Assembly (NCBI GenBank): GCA_951406725.2
Contig: OX597815.1
Location: 118,482,001-118,546,000 of the forward strand
Source: Octopus vulgaris
Taxonomy: Eukaryota
Length of the DNA stretch: 64,000 nt
Direction of reading: 5' to 3'
Shown here: positions 39,690 through 53,070 of the stretch, in pieces
How the letters are laid out: the number at the start of each line of letters is the position of its first letter
How positions within the stretch are numbered: the stretch's first letter is position 1
Notes under the pieces: generated by a model
What the model saw: only the letters and a program-made list of their open reading frames with translations
The model's database searches: none
What the model was told of the DNA's origin: nothing
Made by a program: the position numbers and the translations under genes

Positions 39690-40296
39690 AACAACAAACA
39701 AGATGAGGACACATATACGTCCAATGTAAATAAAGTAAATAATGTACATAATTCCTCATCTCTTAAATATAGAACAGAAGTATTCTATCTTCACGCATAT
39801 TCACCAATAACCCACACTAGAATGAAGAACTTGACATTCCAACAAGCGCATCGCGCGACTCGCACGAGACGGAGCATCTCGTAACATTCCTTATATTCCT
39901 TATGCCAGACGTTCAGTTTTTAGCAGTTCGATCGTGAAGTTTACAACTTTCACGTGTGCTAGCAGACATGTCTTAGGAGAAAACATCTCTGAAAATTATA
40001 GTCTTTGTTATACACTTGTCCCTTCCACTACGTTGTCTATTGTTTTCTACTTTACGCCGGGAAGTAAGCATTTTTGCATATTTATTGTTGCACGAAATCA
40101 AAGGCATGAAATATAGTAATTACCTTAGTGGGCTGTGAATTCTACAAAAGAAAAAATAAATAGCACAGGCACGGATAGTCGCTCAAAATGTTTTCTTTAT
40201 AACCGCATGGTTCTGGGTTCGGTCCCACTGCTTAAGATCTCGAGCACGTGTCTTCTACTATAGCAACCAGTTGATTAATGCTGTAGTTGAAATTTT

Positions 40297-40715
40297 GGAT
40301 CTTTTCGGTTTGAACGGCAGTTTTTAAAAATAATTTCCACGTAATTTAAACACTTTTAAACTTCGTATACTGGTAGAATGTGTTTATAAGACATCTTTTT
40401 CTCTTGGCTTTATTGAGAAAATTCTATAGTTTGTAAGATATTTGTTGGGTTTTTTTTCTTCAATTTCTGCAATTTCAACCAATCAATGACGTCTATTGAG
40501 GTGAAAACATTCTGTGCCGTATGAATATGTCCCTCGTTTAAGAAACAGATTGGGTTTATTTACATTTCTGAAGAAAAAAAGATACCCTTCCCCCCACCCC
40601 TAACCCTAACCCTAAAACAGATTGAAATGCAATAGATCGATACTAGGGTCATAATTATGGGTGACAATTTCATATGATACCGCTAGAAAAAACTGCCGTT
40701 CAAACCGAAAGATTC
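40297..40715 (+). mobile_element. MITE with GGATCTTTTCGGTTTGAACGGCAG TIRs and internal CCCTAA repeats
   Basis: About 29-bp TIRs; imperfect 8-bp TSD GAAATTTT/GAAAGTTG. Confidence 0.85.
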
Positions 40716-41329
40716 GAAAGTTGGAACACAGTAATAGTACAGAAACCCATCCTGTGTGAACACACACACACACACACACACGTACTATCACTGTTTATGT
40801 CTTGTTCTATTCGAGCTACTTTCTATATATAGACTAGTCAATAAAAAGCTAATGGTGTGTTGCGTGTTTGTGTATGTGTGTGTACATGTGTATGTGTACC
40901 TGTGTGTGCATGTGTGTATGCTTGAGTATATTGAAGAATATTTGGCGAGGTAGAAATTTATTGGCATGTTATTGCTTTATAGCTAATAACCATAAAAAGA
41001 AACTATAAACATAGCGATATTTATATCAAAGGCTGTTAAGCTATTCTTAATGGTTGTAATGAAATATGATTAACATGTATTTGTAACATAAGCAGAAGGT
41101 CACTATTTATTAGAAATATTATTGTCGATATTACATTGATCAATATTTTTTTTTACTGATATGAGGCCGTGAATGCAAGTTAACTTCATGGATCGTGATT
41201 GGTTTAGTGATTACAATGTTCAACCCATGATCATAAGTTGTCAGTTAAATTCCTGAATTCGGCAGCGCAGCATGTTCTTGGGCAAGGGGCTTCATTTCTC
41301 GTTATTCTAATCTACTAAATTCTAATGAG

Positions 41330-41755
41330 GGATCTTTTCGGTTTGAACGGCAGTTTTTTCTAGCGGTGTCATATGAAATTGTCACCCATAATTATGACCC
41401 TAGTATCGATCTATTGCATTTCAATCTGTTTTAGGGTTAGGGTTAATAAGGGTTAGGGGTGGGGGGAAGGGTATCTTTTTTTCTTCAGAAATGTAAATAA
41501 ACCCAATCTGTTTCTTAAACGAGGGACATATTCATACGGCACAGAATGTTTTCACCTCAATAGACGTCATTGATTGGTTGAAATTGCAGAAATTGAAGAA
41601 AAAAACAACAAATATCTTACAAACCATAGAATTTTCTCAATAAAGCCAAGAGAAAAAGATGTTTTATAAACACATTCTACCAGTATACGAAGTTTAAAAG
41701 TGTTTAGTTACGTGGAAATTATTTTTAAAAACTGCCGGTCAAACCGAAAAGATCC
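41330..41755 (-). mobile_element. second copy of the same MITE, inverted
   Basis: Perfect 8-bp TSD CTAATGAG (41322-41329, 41756-41763); GG...CC termini. Confidence 0.9.
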
Positions 41756-42445
41756 CTAATGAGCGCTAGTGCTGCTCTTTTCCCTTTATATGTTACAACC
41801 TCAATGTCCCGCTGCATGCGTGAAAACCGTTTGAAATTTGCGTTTACGGGATTTTGTCGTATGTGGAATGTGGAGGGTGAACATGCAAGAGACATAATTT
41901 TTACAGTAGCACTAACTGATTAGAGTATTCGGCTCATGATCGTAAGGTTGCGCGTTGTGTCCTTGAGCAAGACACATTATATCGCATTGCTCCAGTTCAC
42001 TCAGCTGAGAAAAATGAATTGTACCTGTATTTCAAAAGGCCAACCATGTCACATTCTGTGTAACGTTGAATTTTTCCGAGAGCTGCGTTAAGTGTATGCG
42101 TGTCTGTGGAGTGCTCAGCCTCTTGCACGTTAATTCCACGAGAAAGCTGTTCCGTTGATCGGATAGACAAAAACACCAGTCATCGTAACCGACGGTGTGT
42201 CAGTTTTTTTAAGGGCCCTTGCCTCTACATGCTAAATCTCCCACAAACATTCAAATACAATAATTCAAAACATTACTATTATTCAAAACACTATCTGTCC
42301 TACTCAATCCAAGAACATGCAAAATAATTACAGTAGCAACTTTATTATGAATCCGCCTCAAAAAAGTATGTAGGAATATACCGTGACAGGGATAACTGTA
42401 GAATAATAAAAACAGTTGCCTTCTTTTGGAGTCTACCGTACTTGC

Positions 42446-42530
42446 CTCTGCTGCATCACCACAAGTAGTTACGACAGAAACAGTCAGGGCAGATAAGAAT
42501 ATGCAACACGCTCTCCTCAAAAATGCCATA
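42446..42530 (-). CDS. candidate first coding exon with a signal-peptide-like sequence (MAFLRRACCIFLSALTVSVVTTCGDAAE)
   Basis: tgcag|T ATG at 42529; basic n-region, hydrophobic core, small-residue cleavage region; possible GC donor GAG|gcaagt. Confidence 0.4.
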
Positions 42531-42755
42531 CTGCATTCAATAGGCTGTATGTCAGAGTTTATATCATGGTTTTAAAATATGGTTAAACTCGGTAGATTGT
42601 ACCCATTTTTTTCATTCGATATCCTAGGACAAAAGAATCCTTCTATAATTCATATATTTTATTTAACACGTTACTCTCGCCAATTATCACTCATATGTCA
42701 CTGACCTACAACAAATCATCCCTAATTTAGATGTGAATAGCAAAGGTCAACATTT

Positions 42756-44533
42756 CACTCAACAAAGGCCAACATTTCAAAAATCAACATGATTTTTGTT
42801 GCCTTGTGTTGGAGACGTGTTTCCTAATAATTTTGTGAGCTGATTTCAAAAATGAAATCCATCTTGTTCTATTACGTCAAGACTTTTCACAAACTCAGAT
42901 GTCCATTTTTCAACTTTTCTAAAGATAGATTTGACTTCATCAAATGCAAACCCACATATTGATCTTGAAATAACTTTGGAAAACAAAAGTTATGATGTAA
43001 GTGTCTTCAGTAAATAAAGAACATTAAACTTGAGCAACTTTCACTATTTTCAATCTAACCAGTTTTAAATGTCATGATGATGACAGAAATGTTCTTTATA
43101 CAATTAGATGTAAATAAATGATACATTTCTGTGGTCCTTGACATTATACATGTCTAATATTTGTGGAATTTGCTGTATGTGTCTACAGATATGCTGTACA
43201 TGATTTAGTGTGACTATCATTGTAAACCAAGTGAGGCATATTTTGTTAAACCTTTAATATTTTTCTGATGAAAATTGGTATTTTGAATGCACTTTGAATG
43301 TTGCAGTTGTGAGGTCATAGGGGTCAAAGTCACTTTTTGTCGAGCATGGTCAAAGAACAATAGAAAGACCTTCATGGTATGTATGTTCTTTATAGAACTT
43401 AGCCATCACAAACCTGCATTTGCTTACTTTATAACAGTTGACAATTCTGAGAATGCTTTTCCTCGGGTTTTGCATTACATAAATATGAACCCGCTGTGAG
43501 CTAAAATGCAAAAGCAGCCCTGATGTCTTCTGTTATAATTGTGGATGTTAGCTAAGTAACGAAGCAAAATCACAGATTTTGTGAAGAAAGATTATCTTAC
43601 TTTGGCATGAAACTGGATAATCAAGACAAAACCTGAGCACTCCTATAATTTGTAAAACATGTATTGAAACACCGAGATAGTGACTGTTACAAATACTTGA
43701 GCAGAAATTTTCCGAGCACTCCTATAATTTGTAAAACATGTATTGAAACACCGAGATAGTGACTGTTACAAATACTTGAGCAGAAATTTTCCAGCTTTGT
43801 CTTATAAGAAAATTGAAGTTGGTGTGTTTGACGGGCCACATATTAAGTGGCTATTTCAGGGCGAGCAGTTTTTAGCGACCCTGTGTGGCATTGAAAAAGT
43901 GTGGAATGTTTTTGCTGTGGCTGTGTCTGATTTCCTTAGAAAAAGAAGTCATCAAATTATGAAGAATTTGTGCAGACCCTGTTAACAGTTTTCGAGCACT
44001 GGGCTCCAACACAAGTATAAAAGTCCATCTCCAGCAGAGTCATCTGGATTATTTCCTGAAAATCATAGTTCAATATGATGAGCAAGGAGAAAGATTCCAC
44101 CAAGACATCGAGAACGTGAAGACCAGCTATCAAGACGGATAAAACACAAACATGGTGGCTGATTACTGCTGGTGTCTGCAAAGAGACTGTTGTGATGCAA
44201 GTTATTTATACAAAGTAGTTAAGAGAAAATTCACTTCTTGAGTAGCTGAAACTCCAATTTGGCAAAAATATCTACCTTCAGATGTGTAATTAAAAATTTC
44301 GTGTAATATATGTATTAAGTAGTAAAAGTACCGTTTGATTTGTGTTAGTTTCTTATTTCAGCATTGCATGTAATGGCAAGATTAACATTTCTTGGTAAAA
44401 AAAAAATGAACTCTGTTTAACAAAAAACTTGACGTGATATAAAATTGCTGAGGGCATTCCTGAACTCAGCACCATCAAATCAGATAGGACTAATTGTGAA
44501 AAGCAAAACAGCTAAACATTTTTTGCAAGAGTG
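42756..44533 (+). mobile_element. internally deleted Chapaev3-like DNA transposon
   Basis: SPDVFCYNCG...ITDFVKK...FGMKLDNQDK...ICKTC and YLSRNFPALSYKKIEVGVFDGPHI...SIKVH..SHLDYFPEN..DEQGERFHQDI...MVADYCWCLQRD; CAC...GTG termini with subterminal ACGTCAAG/CTTGACGT. The left boundary is approximate. Confidence 0.8.
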
Positions 44534-46864
44534 CTCCCCAGTATAATTAGAAGTCGTCTTTGTCTTTCATCCTTTCAGGGTCAATAACATAAGTACCAAC
44601 TGAGCACTGGGTTGATGTAACTGAATAGCTCCTGCCCCCGAAATTGTTGGCCTTGAACCAAATTTTGAAACGAGTGTAAAAGTAATCAGTATATAATATT
44701 CCTTTTCTCTTCTGTCTTCATAAAATAACGTCACGCATATTTTTTGTGTGGTGGGGTAATATTTTTCTTTGATGTTTCTCCGTTTTTTTTAATTTTCTTT
44801 TTCACTTTTTCTTAAATTTGGTGGAGCCTGTCTGTTATAGTGAAGCTTGTCTGTTGTTGAATCAGATACAAAAGAAGCTCTTATTTAATAATTTTATCTA
44901 TTAATCTTAGTAGAGCAGTTATTATCTATTAATCTTAGTAGAGCATGATACCGGGAACGTTTCTAGTTCACGAGCTGTCCTCAATTCCCTGTTGAAGCCA
45001 TTTCACTTATATTGCTGATGTAATTAAGGAAAGCATGAAGATTGAACGTCACACAATCACATTTACTTTTCCTCCTAGATTCAGCAGCCTTGTCCATATA
45101 AAGAAAATTGCAACGTAGGTATCCAGCCCCCAATAAGGGGAAGAAGGAACTATTCAATGCTGTTAAAATTGAACTTATGCATAATCACAAGATTGATTTA
45201 AGTTGATCGAATAGGCTTTTTTTCTTTTTCTCTTTCTCAAAGTGGAGTCTAACTGAATTTAATTATTAGCTCCTGAATTTATCACAAAACCAGCAATTTT
45301 AAGCTGAGAGATTTAGTCGATACTGTCGACCACAGTATATGACTGGTGCGTTATGAAATCGACCCTCAAGGGATGGAAGGCAAAATTGACTCTAGTGGGA
45401 ATCGAAATCAGAACGAAAAACTGAGCTTAATTTTTACTACTCAGTAAACACTTTGTCATATCATTTGAGAATACCACGTAGAAATTTTACGATTCTACAA
45501 AACATGTAACTTGTGACTGCAATTCAGATTAACTGAAAATAAGTCTCGAACCCTTTCATTATGGACATAAAGCATAAAGTTTTGTTTACTGACGTGCGAT
45601 ATTACAAAACAACTGCGCAATTGTTAAAAAGTGCATCCATTTATTTTGCACTTCAAGGTGTTTCCTGCAACGTTAAATGCTAAGAACAAAAAATAATGCA
45701 GCTTTTAGAACTTAAGTTCCCACAGTACATAATAAGCACGCATATGATGTTGACAAAGGGCTAATGTATAAAGTCTGAAAAATATATTCAAGACTTATGA
45801 GAGAATGAATAACACGAATTCCAGTTGTATGGCCTTGAAAACCGATGTGAAAGAGGAACTCATAAAATATATGTATTTTCTACATTACTTAATTTATTAT
45901 TTACCTTGAATGCAAAAACAATGTAGGTGCCCCAGCACAGCGGTGGGGCACCTGCATGCCTACAGCTTTCGAGCTGAAACTAGTTAAAGAGTTATTTCCA
46001 ATAAGTTTGGATTGAAGATTTCTACGAATTAAAAAATAATTATTCTGGGGCTTGAATCACTATCATAGGTGACAGATAAAAAACCAATGGACCTAACCCA
46101 TATGTGTGTGTGTGTGGTTGTTCCATTTTTCTATGAGTCAGAAAACGCAGACATTCATATATTAGGAAACATTGGGTATAATATTACTATTTATATAGTA
46201 TTGCAGTTTCATAGCAGACAGTTTACTACCAAACAGTCTCATGCCGAAAATAGTGGGAAGGGAGCAAAATCAGCAATCATCAGATATTGTTGGATGGAAG
46301 AAGCCCTGACTGATGATTGCAGCATTCGTTCCTCTTTTGGGGGCTTAAAACCATTTGGTAATAAATTGATTTTGACGATGTCATAAGATCATAGTGTTGT
46401 ATAAATAACAAGAATATACTCTCTCTCTCTATCTATCTATCTATCTCTCTATCTCTCTCTCTCTCTCTCTCGCCTCGGAGGTGTTTAAACTTAGAACATA
46501 AAGCCGAAAGAAATGCTGCTAAGCATTTTGTCCGGCGTGCTAACGATCATGTCATCTCGCCATCTTCAAATAGTTTCAAATTTTGGCACAAGACCAACAA
46601 TTTTAAAGAAAGAGCAAAGCCAGTTACACCGACCCCTCTATTCACTTATTTAATCGACTCCAAAAGAAGATGAAAGGCAAAGTCGACCACAGCGGATTAT
46701 GAACTTAGAACGTAAAGAGACGGAAGAAACACCGCTAAGCATTTTTCCGATTCGCTTAACGATTCTACCAGCTCGCCACTTTCTGGGGATTAAATGATAA
46801 TAGCACAAACATACTTAAATGCAGTTGCAGTTACAATACCACTATTACCACTACCAGAGGAATC

Positions 46865-47230
46865 AGCTGTGTGTCAACAAGTTTGTTTGCAACAATATGG
46901 TTTCGGATTCAGTCCGACTGCGTAGTATCTTGGGTATCTTCTACTATAACTCCACGCCGACTAATGCCTTATGAGTGAATTTGATAGACGGAAATTGCAT
47001 GGAAGTCTGTTGTATACGTGTATGTATGTGTGCTTATGTTTGACCTCACCACCACTGCTTGACAACCGGTATTGGTTTGTTTGCATCTCCGTCACTTCGC
47101 AGTTCAGCAAAAGAGTTGACAGAATAAATACCAGAATTTAAAATTTAATACTGGGTTCGATTTGAACACAAAAAAATCCTTCAAAGCAATGCTCCAGTAT
47201 GCCCGCAGTCAACTGAAACAACCAAAAGAA
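46865..47230 (+). mobile_element. SINE family B, degenerate
   Basis: GACGGAAATTGCATGGAAG...CTTGACAACCGG...GCTCCAGTATGCCCGCAGTCAACTGAAAC. Confidence 0.7.
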
Positions 47231-48396
47231 TGTATATTTTTCACTTTGTTCTTAAACGTGATAAACTTACATAGAATATATCTCGTTTGATCAGTAATAG
47301 TCCTCGACTAAGTGAATAATCCATGTATAGTTTTATTAGATGGATAATTTATATATAATTTAATCTTGGTTTTATCTCTTAACTAGGAAAAAGTATATTT
47401 TCTGTCTCGTGTTTTTACAAGGCAGGATACATCTAAGACGCAACTAAAAGTTTGATCAACTCACACGTTTACATTGAGCTTATGCTCCACATGAATCCTA
47501 AACATCCCCGAATATTCCGGACTTGATATTGAAAAGTAAATAATGTCAGAACTGTATTTCCATGTATATTAGGTTTTGTATCTTTTTTTTAAGTGCAATG
47601 CTAAATTCATATTTCAGTATATAAGTTTGCACCGATTGTTGATAATTTCCTTACTGGTTTCTTTCTAGTTCGTTATATTTGATATAAACAATTTTTTCAC
47701 GCAGAGGGATTACACAATAATAAACTACAATAACAACAAAAAGGCATTGGCCGGAACTAAAAATAATTTAAATGGTAATCAAGACCAACACCAGAGGATT
47801 CAATGCCTTAGGCCAGCCCTGCTATATGCGTTCCTTTCTTCCATCACTACAATGAGAGCTCCCATCTGTAACTTATTCTGCAGCATCTTTTAGCTATCGC
47901 CCTCATTATATCAGCTAGAAAATATAGTCGAAAATTATAGGTAACTTGCGACCAAGAAATCTTTATAATGTTATGATCATGCATGCTAAACTCTAAGTCC
48001 AATCAGTTTTCTGGCAGTAGTGAGGATAAATGATCACTGCCTACCTCATCCAGCAGAACATCAAAGTCGTAACAACTAGAGGGAGAAAGGGCAGCATTTG
48101 CACTTAGTACTCATTAGAGTATAGTGGACTAGAACATGAAACACAATGCTCGAAAATGCAATGTGCTGCCCGGTCCAGGAATTTACCCGACGACTTTATG
48201 ATTGAGCTAAATACCGTAATCATTAGACCAAATACGATCCATTAAGTTATAATCTGTTACTGGACAAAAGTTGAAGTGATTTAAGCCACATCCTCACTCA
48301 GGTTTCTTAAACTCCCTCCTCTGCCACTATATTTTCCATCTCTCGTTGTTCCGAGAACGGCCTCATCTACTCTCATCGTTACTAAGTTTTCGTAAG

Positions 48397-48765
48397 ACGG
48401 CGAGCAGGCAGAAACGCTAGCACGCCGGGTGAAATGCTTAGCGGTATTTCGTCTGCCGTTACGTTCTGAGTTCAAATTCCGCCGAGGTCGATTTTGCCTT
48501 TCATCCTTTCGGGGTCGATAAATTAAGTACCAGTTACGCACTGGGGTCGATATAATCGACTTAATCCGTTTGTCTGTCCTTGTTTGTCCTCTCTGTGTTT
48601 AGCCCCTTGTGAGTAGTAAAGAAATAGGTATTTTGTCTGCCGCTACGTTCTGAGCTCAAATTCCGCCGAGGTCGACTTTGCCTTTCATCCTTTCGCGCTG
48701 GGGTCGATGTAATCGACTGGCCCCCTTCCTCCCAAATTTTCAAGGACTTGTGCCTAGTGTAGAAA
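48397..48765 (+). mobile_element. family A SINE, two core units
   Basis: Near-consensus head and core. Confidence 0.85.
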
Positions 48766-49069
48766 TAATCATTTGGACAAAGAAATTTTGTGTAAATTAT
48801 TGGTGAAGTCTTTGATTTTCACGCTCCAGATGATCTCCTAGTTTGCTTAATACATAGCAACGGCTTTGATAGTAAAGGATCTTTTTCAAACAAAATATTC
48901 CCAAAGAATGTATAACATCAATCAAAAATCTAGAATTAAAAGTTATGTAAGTGCTCTTAACGTTGCAAGAACTGTGTTAACGCTAATTTACAGAGTGGTG
49001 AATGAAAATGTATACCGAGTTCCGTAATACAGACGCAAATTTACTTGTTTGTTCTTGATATCTACTTTT

Positions 49070-49637
49070 AATTGCGGTACACATGTGAAATAATATGGTT
49101 TCAACCTTAGACTTTTAGACATTCTTTGTCATGATCTGCTTATGTGAGACTGCTGCCCTAATTTACATGCTAACTTCTTTGGACTTGGCCGTATGTTCTG
49201 AATGACTTCTGGCATTCGAACTGTAAGGTTTCTTTGTTTGGGGGTGTTGTGCACTGACCCCTTAGTGCGCCACTTCTTAAAAATATTTATCGTTTCCTTT
49301 GCCAGTAAACTTTTACCCGGAAACCTGACTTCAAAGACTTCACGTGTTTGCTTAATAGAACCGGTTCTCACATACGCTTCGACAGTCTCCACTATTTCCG
49401 CTACTGGAGAAAGGACTAGAGATGTTCACTAAATGCAATCTTACAGTCAACTAATATGGTGAGGATAACGTAGCAAACAGTTGATTTGTACTCCATCTTT
49501 CTTCGGCAGTACAGTTGGTCGAAATAACACAATAACACTTGCAAACAAAAGGCTAGGTGCCTTTTGGTGTGTGCAAATTTATTTCTGTATTTACTCTGTT
49601 ACGAAACCTGAGCTACTTTTTGCGTCACCATTGTATA
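49070..49637 (-). mobile_element. Tc1/mariner-superfamily remnant (DUF4817-type N-terminal HTH)
   Basis: ETVEAYVRTGSIKQTREVFEVRFPG...KETINIFKKWRTKGSVHN...SPKK...LRLKPY; terminus TA|CAATGGTGACGCAAAAAGTAG. Confidence 0.75.
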
Positions 49638-49669
49638 TAATTAAAGATACTTGTGTTATTTATACACGT

Positions 49670-50045
49670 GGATGCGCATTGCCCAGTGGTTAGGGCAGCG
49701 GACTCGCGGTCATAGGATCGCGGTTTCGATTCCCAGACCGGGCGTTGTGAGTGTTTATTGAGCGAAAACACCTAAAGCTCCACGAGGCTCCGGCAGGGGG
49801 TGATGATCCCTGCTGTACTCTTTCACCACAACTTTCTCTCACTCTTACTTTCTGTTTCTGTTGTACCTGTATTTCAAAGGGCCGGCCTTGTCACTCTCTG
49901 TGTCACGCTGAATATCCCCGAGAACTACGTTAAGGGTACACGTGTCTGTGAAGTGCTCAGCCACTTACACGTTAATTTCACGAGCAGGCTGTTCCGTTGA
50001 TTCGGATCAACCGGAACCCTCGTCGTCGTAACCGACGGAGTGCTT
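49670..50045 (+). mobile_element. SINE family C, full length
   Basis: A-box TTGCCCAGTGGT, B-box GGTTTCGATTCCC, tail CCCTCGTCGTCGTAACCGACGGAGTGC. Confidence 0.85.
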
Positions 50046-51190
50046 CTATCCATTTTATACACATTATTCATCAATATACTTGTTATTGACGGAGTTGTAG
50101 TTTAGATCCGGTAATTGACCAACTGGCACAAGTTTTTGAGCATCAGATTGAATACCTCGACGCATTTGTTCCAATTCTCTACACTTGAAGTTCAAATCCC
50201 ACCGAGGCAACTTTGCTTTTCATCCTTTCGGGATCGATAAAAAACAAAGCACTAATGCAACGAGGTAGATTGGCAGAACTGTGAGAACGTTAGAATAGAT
50301 ACATTACTTTATTTATTCTGAAGAAGCCTTCAGTTACATTCATTCACTTCCAGTCTCAGGTTTAAGAGTGTTGCCTTCCCTTCTTCTCACCAGTACTAGA
50401 GGTCCTGTAAAAGGTTAGAGAGACTTCCTTTTCTATTGACTATAGGATAAAATATTAAAAAAATGAAAACGGAAATCTTTATTTTAGAGACAAAGATTCA
50501 CTCTCTCGGAAATCGTCAGTATCTTTTCTAGTTCACCAGCTTCATATTTATACTAGAACAATTAAAAACAAATCAGTTGCAATGATCTTAATGATTGCAT
50601 AATAGGACGATAGCGTGGCATAAACGATAGAATGCCGCGTTAAATGCATTTAGCAGTAATTAGTTTCGTTTCGATCTTCTATATCAGTTAAATGTCAAAT
50701 ATGCCAGTTCAGTAATTACAATCAACTACACCACTCTTTCACAAGTGTTTAACAATATACGATAAAAGAAACCAACAATGATTATTTTAAGAAGCGAGTG
50801 TCGGGGATTCAACAATAATGTATCATGTAATTCTGGTTTACAATGCTGACTGCGATATCCAGTTGAAAGCCGTTACACATCAATTATATCATTAACGGTA
50901 GTCTTTTTAAAAAAGTTATGAACGTTGCTACCTCTATCAAAAGTGATTTGATAACAGAATTCAAAACCTCGTAAGAGAGTTTCTTATAGTTTGTTGTATC
51001 TTGGGAGAGTCATTATGCAAATAATAAACACACTGGTTCTATTTCACTTCATTATTTTTACTAGTCAGTTAATTAATCGATTGTTTGATTAATCGTTCGA
51101 CTAATCAATTAGTGGACTAGGTTTGTCCCTCCCAGGATGCAACAACATCCTGAATTCACATCATGAGTTCACATCAAGAATCTTGTAAAC

Positions 51191-51512
51191 CAGTGGTTCT
51201 CAACATTTTTTCATCTATGGAGCCCTTTGACTACTATTATATTCTGGTGGACGCCCATAGCCATTCAGTATTTAAAAACCAGTTTTGTAAACGCTCTTTT
51301 CTAAATTCCGGTTTTGCTTTTCATGCAACAGCTTGTGTAAGTTGAACTATGTAAAACGTTAGAGAAAGAGACCTAGCAGTTTCTTGCAATACATACTTCT
51401 AGAGCAATTTTTTTTTCGTGGACCTTTAAAATACTATGTTGATCCCCAATATGCCATTTTGCTTGCTTGGAACCCACAAAAATTTTACATAGACCCCGGT
51501 TCAGAACCACTG
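51191..51512. mobile_element. hAT (Charlie-type) MITE
   Basis: CAGTGGTTCTCAAC ... GTTCAGAACCACTG; TSD TTGTAAAC/TTACAAAC. Confidence 0.85.
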
Positions 51513-52254
51513 TTACAAACCAAATACAAAATCGAGTTTATTATAATTCAAATGAAAAAGGTGGCGAGCGAGCAGACTCCTTAGAGCGCCGGGGAAAATG
51601 CTTTGCAGTATTTATTCCAGCGGTTTACGTTTTGAGCTTTAATCCCACCGAGGTCAACTTTGCTTTCCATCCCCACCTCGCGAGGTAAACAAAACTAAAT
51701 ACCAGTCTAGTACTGATAACATCGACTTCAGTACTACATCTCTCCTCAAGTTTCAGGCTTTGTGCCGGTACCAGAAACATAATTTAAAAGAAAAATCGTT
51801 TAACGTATCTTTAATTCCAGCTTAACATGTTTTATGAAAGTGAGTGTCCCTAATTTTCACCGACTCTTCCCAAAAAAAGGATATCAACAATTAATGACGT
51901 AATCTATAGCAGCAGTTGTCAGGCTAAATAAATGTAGATGTTTGGTGGGCGGGATTGACTTTTAAGTTAAATATTCTATTTATATGTTTAGTCGGTCATA
52001 TTTAGATCATTATAGCCAAACGTCATATTTAGATCGTTATATAAAGAGGTTTGGTCACATAATAGAAACATACTTTTATAGTCGTAAGTTATGTGACCAA
52101 CTAAATGACGTAAAAATCCTTATTAGGTATGTTTTATCCTGTAATTGGTTAAGCAGTAGGTGAGGGCGTGGATTTTAGCAGGCCTACAGAATAATAAACT
52201 TTTAGTTGATTTTCTACTTTAGTTTCCTCTTTAATATTCTTTACCACAACTAAG

Positions 52255-52665
52255 ACGGCGAGCTGGCAGAAACGTTAGCACGCCGGGCGAAATACTTAAC
52301 GGGGTTTCGTCCGTCTTTACTTACGTTCTGAGTTCAAATTCCGCCGAGGTCGACTTTGCCTTTCATCCTTTCGGGGTCGATAAATTAAGTACCAGTTACG
52401 CACTGGGGTCGATGTAATCGACTTAATCCATTTGTCTGTCATGTTTATCCCCTCTATGTTTGGCCCTTTGTGGGCAATAAAGAAATAAGAAACTTTAGCA
52501 CGCCAAGCAAAATGCCTAGCGGCTTTTCACCTGTCTTTACATTCTGAGTTCAAATTCTGCCGAAGTGGGGTCAATAAATTAAGTATCAGTTATGTACTAG
52601 GGTCGATCTAATCGACTAGCTCCGTCCACCAAAATTTCAGGCCTTGTGCCTACAGTAGAAAAGAT
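52255..52665 (+). mobile_element. family A SINE, two units
   Basis: Near-consensus head and core. Confidence 0.85.
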
Positions 52666-52886
52666 TATATACAAAAATACATAGACAAGTAATATTAATG
52701 TTTTTTTTATCATAATTCTACGTTATAAACAGTAGATATAGTTGTGTATGTGTGTAACAACGAATTATCTCATTGACTTGTCAATGGAAACAGTTTTTCG
52801 TATTCAGTTAGTTTGATATCTGATGATACTGTGAATATATTTACATACCCTATTACTCACGGCTTCACCAATGTTATCCATTTTTG

Positions 52887-53070
52887 ATTATATGGAAAAA
52901 TGCGAGCAAGAGAAATAATATTCTTAAGATTATAAACATTTTCTTGTACTGTACATTACCAGGTGTAATAACTTGTCATGAACTTTCTCAAGTGTAATAA
53001 TTTATCCTGTACTTTTCCGGGTTTATAATCTTAAGAATATATTTCTCTTGCTCGCATTTTTCCATGTAAT
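52887..53070. repeat. about 50-bp inverted repeat (possible MITE)
   Basis: ATGGAAAAATGCGAGCAAGAGAAAATAATATTCTTAAGATTATAAAC / GTTTATAATCTTAAGAATATATTTCTCTTGCTCGCATTTTTCCAT. Confidence 0.85.

Larger units (their letters stand above)
39252..39781. mobile_element. inverted pair of tRNA-head/hammerhead retroelements (Penelope-type non-autonomous)
   Basis: Arms 39252-39500 (-) and 39501-39780 (+); flanking direct repeat ATTCTATC (39244-39251, 39782-39789); same family as 58587-58938. Confidence 0.85.

Noticed and set aside
40597-40615. CCCTAA repeats as an interstitial telomere
   Set aside because: Only about three units, internal to a MITE that is present twice.
48281-48390. Short ORF MRVDEAVLGTTRDGKYSGRGGSLRNLSEDVA
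   Set aside because: No convincing splice signals or recognisable homology; it abuts a SINE.
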